Origin: Balanoglossus misakiensis
Lineage: Eukaryota; Animalia; Hemichordata
Direction of reading: 5' to 3'
Assembly: GCA_040954595.2 (NCBI GenBank)
Contig: CM082576.2
Location: 8,187,129-8,251,128, forward strand
Length of the DNA: 64,000 nucleotides
Below the pieces are notes generated by a model. That model had not been told where the DNA came from, did not search any database, and saw only the letters and a program-made list of their open reading frames with translations. This document shows, one piece after another, positions 57,201 to 64,000 of the stretch. The translations under genes and the position numbers were made by a program. Position 1 is the first letter of the stretch; each line of letters starts with the position of its first letter.

Positions 57201-59418
57201 ATCCGGAATACGATGGAGCCAGTGACGAGGTATGAATAGCTCTTTCGTGCTCATTTGAGAATATTGCTTGGCCTGACAGGCAAAGTACGGGGGGAGGGGG
57301 TTGCCATGCCGTGTTTTCCGGATTCGAGACGTTGTGTAGGTGATGGTGTATATCCGTGTGGGTCCGGTCAGACACTACTGCGCAACGATCTCGTGAGAGC
57401 TGTGCAGTATGTCAAGTGTTTCTTAGAGCTACACTCTGCTACCATTATGACTGACATTTTTGATGTCCTCTGGATTGGATTTACAGTACAACAAATTGCT
57501 CCACTCCAAAACCATGAACCAAGCCGAAAGCTACGCTTTGGTGGGCGGATGGAAGAGGGTGATTAAAAGTCACGACGCTGTCGGTAAAACCAGGTGAATT
57601 TTAGATTTATTTCTGTTTCAGTTGATGATGTTAGTAGTGAATTCGATTTTCCCCTTTTAAGTTACCCAGATTTTTGCAGCTATTCGGATTTTAATAAACC
57701 TTATGTCCAAATTTTAGGGTTGTAGTTGTTGATGATGATGATGATGATGATGGTCTTTAGTAAGCGATCAAAATACATTGTACTTTGGTGAGCGAAATTA
57801 TATTAAGTGATTTCGAAATAACGTGGAAAGTCTTCACTTTTCGTCTGCCATTCATTCTAACATTAACCCCCAACTCCCCTGTTTCAGGACGATGTTTGTG
57901 GAGCCACGTGGCCCACTGCTGGAAACCATGGGTTACTATGGCGCCGACGCCAAGTCCGGTGCCGACGTCCTCTACAACCACCAATTACTGGAGCAGCTCG
58001 AGGGCGACCTCAGCGGTAACAACATACACGCGTTAGTTGAGGAATGGAGCCGCGTCAAGGATAACGTCACCGGCATAACTGTCCAGCGGTTCAGCTGGGT
58101 GGTACGTGTTATAATTTACATGTCCAATAAACACAACAGGTGTTATCGCTGCCACAAACCATTCATGTGTTAATGACATTCGACGGATGAATGTGGAATT
58201 TTACGTTGGTACAACATTTTCCAGGACACTCTGATAGTGTCACACGGATAGTTTCCCTATAAATAGCTCTCAAGCTGCTGTACAAACAGGAGGAACTTGT
58301 TCTGATTGAAGCAAGATAATTTCTTGCTGATTGATATCTTGAGCTCAGTTTTGATAATCCATTTCCAATTTCCCTCCACAGCTAGGAGATGTGAACTACG
58401 AAAGGGTGGCCAGTCGCTACGGCAAGCAGTACGTCCGCGCGTTGAACGCGCTGATATTTACCCTTCCCGGCGTGCCTATCACCTACTACGGGGAAGACAT
58501 AGGCATGGAGAGTTTGCCCGATGACCAGGTGTCTGACGTTGATGATCCCGCGCAACCGATCGGCAACAACACGGTGAGATGTCTTTCAGATTGTCGTGCA
58601 TGGTTTCTAAAAAGTCTCCGCCATCGTCGGACTACTCTACCATGCTGGTGGTTCTTCGATCGTTTATAATTACTTCAACTGTCCCCCAACCGTTCAGGAG
58701 ACCAGGTTTTAAATTAAACTTGAAAATAATTCATAATAACACTTTCTTCTTTTTTTGATAACAATATTACAGGTGCCTGTAAAGAACCACGCGGCACAGA
58801 TCTCCCCAATGCAGTGGAGCGCGGCGGAAAACGCCGGCTTCAGTAACGGGTCGGTTTCGTGGATACCGGTTCACGAAAACCATGGCGCCATCAACGTCGA
58901 GGTAATAACTCACAAAGAGTTGTGGACATTTTTTTCTTGCTCCAACCATGGATGGAATAAAATGTCACCGTCGTAAGACTACTGTTGTACATGTATTTTT
59001 TTGAAATTCTTGCTATTTATACGTCGCCGCTATCGCGTTTTCTTTTCATATGATAACCTGCAGTTTCATGACTATTGTTTCTTAGGCCCAGAAAGACAAC
59101 GACACATCGACGATGACTGCATACAGACAACTGGCAGTTCTCCGCCAGGAGCCATCCTTGGTGGCCGGCAAGCTCCACAGCGTCGTCTCCACCGAGGAAA
59201 TCTACGCCTTCACCCGACGCTTCCCCGAATGGCCGGCCTACTTCGTCGCCATAAACGTCGGCGACCAGGCCCTGACGGAGAACTACCGAGAGCTGAGTCC
59301 CGGCTTACCACAGAAGGGCAGCGTGGCGTTCAGCACTCACGGAAATAACGTTGGGGGTGCCGTCATGTTCGACAGCTTGACGGTCGACGCTGGGGAAGCC
59401 ATTGTTGTCCAGTACTAG
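54227..59418 (+). CDS. SLC3 heavy chain paralogue C, 10 exons, ~651 aa
   Basis: Exons 54227-54623, 56016-56195, 56343-56491, 56698-56823, 57101-57229, 57487-57593, 57888-58101, 58382-58573, 58773-58901, 59086-59418 (1956 nt). Motifs: GLSSAELM..PFW, TM, APRC, YQVYCRSFQDS, DFIPNHSS, QPDLNFRN, TLPGVPITYYGEDIGM, SPMQW. Confidence 0.93.
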
Positions 59419-60124
59419 CAGAAGTACACGGTGGAACAAAGCATGTATTGACGACTCAAGAGAACCGACAATTACATGTGCTTGAAAAACCAGCATGTTT
59501 AGTAAATGCTTTCATGTTTCGTCAGGGTTTTTTTCTTTTCAAGAGAATTTTATACATGTACCCGCTAAAAATAAAACAATTTTGAAAATGCAGTTTTGAG
59601 TCCCAGGGAGAAAAACGAGATGACAAGTAAAGATTTGAACTGTTAATGTGGCAATATCTGATGGCATTCAACTATATCTGATCTCCAACGGTGGGGTATA
59701 GCGCGTTTCAGACCATTTACAATCTATCCATATTGTGAAGGGGGGGGGGGGCGTCTTGACAAATAGACATTTTCTAATTCACAGGCCAATTTAATACAAT
59801 TGAAACGATACAGTGATGATTTTTTGGCGTTGGATGTAACGAGGGTGATCATGAAAATGATGGTGATGGTGGTAGTACCGAAAATGATACTACTATAGCT
59901 ACATTTGTGTTACATAACTACACGTTATTACACACACAATTACAACTGAATTTAGACTTCCGCATGGCTACTCCCATAAGCTCATCTGTTGCGTCTTCAT
60001 CTTTCCCGACAAAGCCTTCATCTGTTTTGACTAGATAATCATTTACCAGCACTTTAAAACAAAGATTGCATGAAGTGAAATTGTTACGGGTTCCAGCAAC
60101 TGTTCCAAGCACGTGGCGACTCCC

Positions 60125-60131
60125 TATAAAA
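60125..60131 (+). promoter_or_regulatory. TATA box of the first FABP-like gene
   Basis: cccTATAAAAag about 130 bp upstream of the ATG at 60258. AATAAA lies at 60780-60785, downstream of the stop. Confidence 0.7.
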
Positions 60132-60257
60132 AGTCTGAGAAACTCCAATTTAGCACACACAGACAAGATCGCGGCGACTGGGAGAGTGCGTCCACCATCC
60201 GCTACGTTAAAACGTTTCTTTGCTGCCGTTGAATTTTAACGGAGACCGGAAGACATC

Positions 60258-60665
60258 ATGGTGGTGAATTTCGCCGGGAAGTGGAAGGAACGCAGCAGCG
60301 AGAAGCTGGACGATTTCTTCGTGGCGATAGGAGTTCCGTATCTGGTCCGCAAGGCAATGAACAACCTGCCCCTGACGATAACCATCAAGCAAGACGGCGA
60401 CAGCTTCGTCATCAAGACCGTGACCTTGGTGAAGGTCTTCGAGCAGAAGTTCACCGTCGGCGAGGAGTTCGAAGAAACCAACCCCTTCGGCGACAAGGCC
60501 CTGGTCAAGGCGGCCTGGGAAGGCGAGAAGCTGGTCATCAGCCCGACGGTGGAGCCGGACAAACCCTGGCCCGTCGTGACGAGGGAGTTGGATGGCGACG
60601 ACGGCATGGTGCTCACTTTCACCGTCAAAGATGTGATTTGCAAGAGGCATCTCAAAAAGGTCTAG
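60258..60665 (+). CDS. Intracellular lipid-binding protein (FABP/CRABP family), 135 aa, intronless CDS
   Basis: NFAGKWK..SEKLDDF..AIGV..VRK, FTVGEEFEE, TRE, CKR. Typical iLBP length and GC3-rich codons. Confidence 0.95.
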   Translation: MVVNFAGKWKERSSEKLDDFFVAIGVPYLVRKAMNNLPLTITIKQDGDSFVIKTVTLVKVFEQKFTVGEEFEETNPFGDKALVKAAWEGEKLVISPTVEPDKPWPVVTRELDGDDGMVLTFTVKDVICKRHLKKV

Positions 60666-63246
60666 AAATTGAACAACCTTCAGCAGCTATAACCGATAGC
60701 TTTTCACAGTGTGTGTAACAGCGCAGCAAAATGTTATTGCACACTCCTGTGATTCTGCTGCAAGGTATTCCGAACCTACAATAAACAATATCGTTGCACA
60801 TGGCCGGATAACGGCATGCAAGGGGCGTGAAACGAATCAGATTTACTCTTGTTTCAAATTCATTGATCGCAAGCGAACGCGGTTTGGCGGCTCGGTGTTG
60901 AAGTTTACATTGACGGACAATGACAGCACACTATCACCAGCGATAGGTGTGTGTTTTGTGGGGCCCGTCGACAACTTGAATCCATCACCTCCAGACAGAT
61001 GTGTGACGGAAAAGGAAGATCATCTGAATCACGAATCTCTCTGAAAGTCTACAGGACCCGGAGCATCATGTTCTCTCGACAAGGAAACCCAAACTAATGT
61101 TTGCACGACGGTCGTTCCCAGCCGATTCACTGAGTGAGCGCGGACGCTTACAGGGTCTCTGAGAATGAATGCAATTTTAATAACTACATGTGATTTAAAG
61201 AACCCCTTTTTGCTGAGTCTTTTCCCAATTGTTATTATAATCTCGACTACAAGCTGCGTTGACAGAAGCATTTCGTCATCTTCGCGATCAATTATTCGTT
61301 TCATAGCCTAGAATAGTGTTTTTTATAATGAAATGACCACCTGTTATCATTGCAGTTGATTCAAATAATTTTTATTACTCTACTCTCACGAATGCAAGCT
61401 ACAAAACACTTTGTTTTGGAAAGTTAAACATATGTTTAATAAAACGCTAAATCTAGTGTTAAATGTTGTGCCTTTTTGTTTCCATCATGATTGTGCGTGC
61501 TTTGTACGATTTCTATGCAACCGCGATCAGTGTTTGTTCGCTATGATTCGCGGAACATTCAATAATATGCATGCCGACAGATGTTACTTCGGCAGTGAAA
61601 ACAAGCACCGCAATCCATTTGGGGATGACGATTGAATATTATTCGCTATTATTTCCGTTCTTTCAGCCGAGGAAAATGCGAGTGAAGTATTGGTAGTACG
61701 TGTCACCTCTAGTCGAGTGTCGGACAAATGTATCATTAGCGAGTAATAAATAACTATTTCATGATGAAAAAAGCCAAGTTTTTTTTTTTTTTTTTGGGGG
61801 GGGGGGGGTTCATGCAGAGTAAACCTCGTTTATGTATAAATCTGTCGAACTATGATGTTTTATTGATGTTCATCGGCTGGGCGCTAGTCGTCAATCATCC
61901 GCCGTTATCTCGGTGATGGTTTTAAAAACGATGCGTAGTACGCGATGACTCTGTGCACCGCGGGATAGAAATTTCTTGTCCCTGTTAGCTCATCCACCTA
62001 CCACGCCCTGTAATACATTATGTTTTGGCGTCCCAGGTTGTACAGAGTAGGATAGTAAAATATGCTTTAAAATATATTTCGTGAATAATGGAATCCGATA
62101 CAAAAGACAGCGAAGAATTGAATTAATCGGTTATTAAGAAAACTATGAAACGCATCCTTTCGCGCATATGTGACCCAGGATTTGTCCTATAAAAGCGACA
62201 ACGTTGATTAGCGGACAGACTTGTATTCACTTGTGAGGATGTGAGGGCGCTTTTCCAAATTGGTACGGTTACCCAGGGACGTGAATCCAGGGATGTGATA
62301 AATTCGAATTGTGTTATCGGAGCACAATAAACTGAAAATCCAAAGTAGATCATAGACCACTCAGCTACGGCTTGCCATCGTTCTGCAGTGTGGTCACGTA
62401 CATCGTCCATATCTAAACGATGAAAGACAATTCCCCCGAAATACTGAAATATCAATACACTTGACAAAGTGATTAACGTCATAAGGTGACGTGGAATATT
62501 TCTTTTATTTCTAATACACCATTTAAAGTGTAACTGCTAAATAGTACCGGGATGAGATCGGAAAGTGTAGGCCTATATACGATATAATCATGCCAAGTAC
62601 ATAATTGGTACATCGACCGGAAAATTTGACTAAGTACAATTGATACTGAATTCCCAATGATATGCAATCCCCGCCGAAAGGCATATAGCCTAGGTCTAAC
62701 GACTTCGAAAATGGCGAACAAAAGCTGCAATGAATGTGTACATGTAGTGTGCCACAGACGAGCTGCTCCTATATGTCCTGTTATAATCATGCAAATCAGT
62801 TGTTACAGGTGCCAACAGCTTTCACAGATGAATTGCTTGCTTCTTGTATCAGCTATTGTATGATATAGTGTTTACTGGTAACTAACAATGTTGATGGCTT
62901 TCACAGTTTCCATGAATACTTCGGTATATGTTGCAGACGCAAAAAATGGCACATGAGATGACGGGGAAACAAGCACGCTAGGCAATCACAACGCCTGTTT
63001 ATAGAATAACCTTATAGCCTACAAACATACATACATGCACAATCACGCGTGACCGTAATACGGAGGTGCTACGAAGGTCGCGGAATGAGGTCACCATGGT
63101 TATTAGCCTAGTCGTGATTGTGTGTAGTTTGAACGTGGCATGTATTTCGAATCTGTTGAATCCTACACTCGCCTCCCTTCTAAAACCCAGTCACGTGTTC
63201 TCCCCATTGCACATTGACGCGGCCTCAAGTTTCGATCGAGTCTGGT

Positions 63247-63648
63247 CTACTCCGTTTTGGTGAAATATCTCTTGGCAGTGACGTCACCTTTGCGTAGCGT
63301 CATCACCAGCTCTTCCCCGACCACCTCGCGCTCTGTGATCGGGTTTTTCTCAGGCTCGTCGGCCGACTTCACCACCAGCTTGCCGTCTTCCAGCGTGGCG
63401 ATGGACTTTTTCGTCTCCCCTCCCCAGTGCGTCTCCTCGAAGGCCTCGCCGATCGTGAACTGCTGCTCCCTCGTCTTCATCATGGTGATGGTGCGGACCA
63501 CGAACTCGTCCCCCGTCTGCTGGATTTCCAGCGTCGGCGACAAGGCCCCCATCATGCTACGGAGGACGAAGTTGACGTCGTTGGCGATGAGATACTCGTT
63601 GAAGTTCTCGCTTTTCACGTGCTTCCACTTGCCGACAAGGTTAGACAT
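63247..63648 (-). CDS. Intracellular lipid-binding protein (FABP/CRABP family), 133 aa, intronless CDS
   Basis: MSNLVGKWKHVKSENFNEYL..V..VLR, FTIGEAFEE, ERE, AKRYF. The start is taken at ATG 63648 rather than at the upstream extension in the ORF track. Confidence 0.95.
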   Translation of the reverse strand: MSNLVGKWKHVKSENFNEYLIANDVNFVLRSMMGALSPTLEIQQTGDEFVVRTITMMKTREQQFTIGEAFEETHWGGETKKSIATLEDGKLVVKSADEPEKNPITEREVVGEELVMTLRKGDVTAKRYFTKTE

Positions 63649-64000
63649 GATTATCGCTGCTGGCTCGGGAGATGAAGAGGACGTTGTCTGTTTTGTACTG
63701 TGACGTGTAACCGTACGTGTATAATGTTGTGTGTATACAAATACGTATCCCAGGTCATGGACCCTTGTTTGACCTAATTGGGTGATAGTTGAATGCGCAC
63801 GCGCAGCAATGTCAACTCCCACGTCTCATGTCATGCATGCTATTATAATAGATCTTTCTGTCTGTTGATCTTTTAGCATTTACGATATTATTGTGAAATT
63901 GATAAACAGAAATATTTATTCAAGTTGTTTGACAGTTATTTTCGATTATTGTGTGTTCTAGATATCTATCTGCTTGTTGTCAAAGCTGTCAACGGACACA

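Noticed and set aside
63649-63822. 58-aa N-terminal extension of the second FABP in the ORF track
   Set aside because: It starts at a non-ATG codon and has no family similarity; ATG 63648 gives the canonical iLBP N-terminus and length.

Overview
Eukaryotic (metazoan, probably invertebrate deuterostome; species not determinable from the sequence alone) genomic DNA with spliced genes. In order: about 9 kb with no confidently assignable coding sequence; three tandem tRNA-His(GUG) genes in a 192-bp repeat; a 12-exon MOCS3/UBA4 gene with three minor-spliceosome (U12-type) introns; a two-exon PH-domain protein ending in a CAAX box (-); a three-exon uncharacterised ~328-aa protein (+); SLC35F6 (13 exons); an Ikaros/Pegasus-type zinc-finger gene (-); three SLC3 (rBAT/4F2hc-type) heavy-chain paralogues; and two intronless FABP/CRABP-family genes. 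The most unusual unexplained structure is six 12-33 bp, mostly palindromic inserts with CANRG-type ends, each flanked by an exact 7-bp direct repeat and lying near a gene 5' end. They look like excision footprints of P-element-superfamily transposons. All exon structures were read by hand from splice signals, and every multi-exon model sums to a whole number of codons. No database searches were run.
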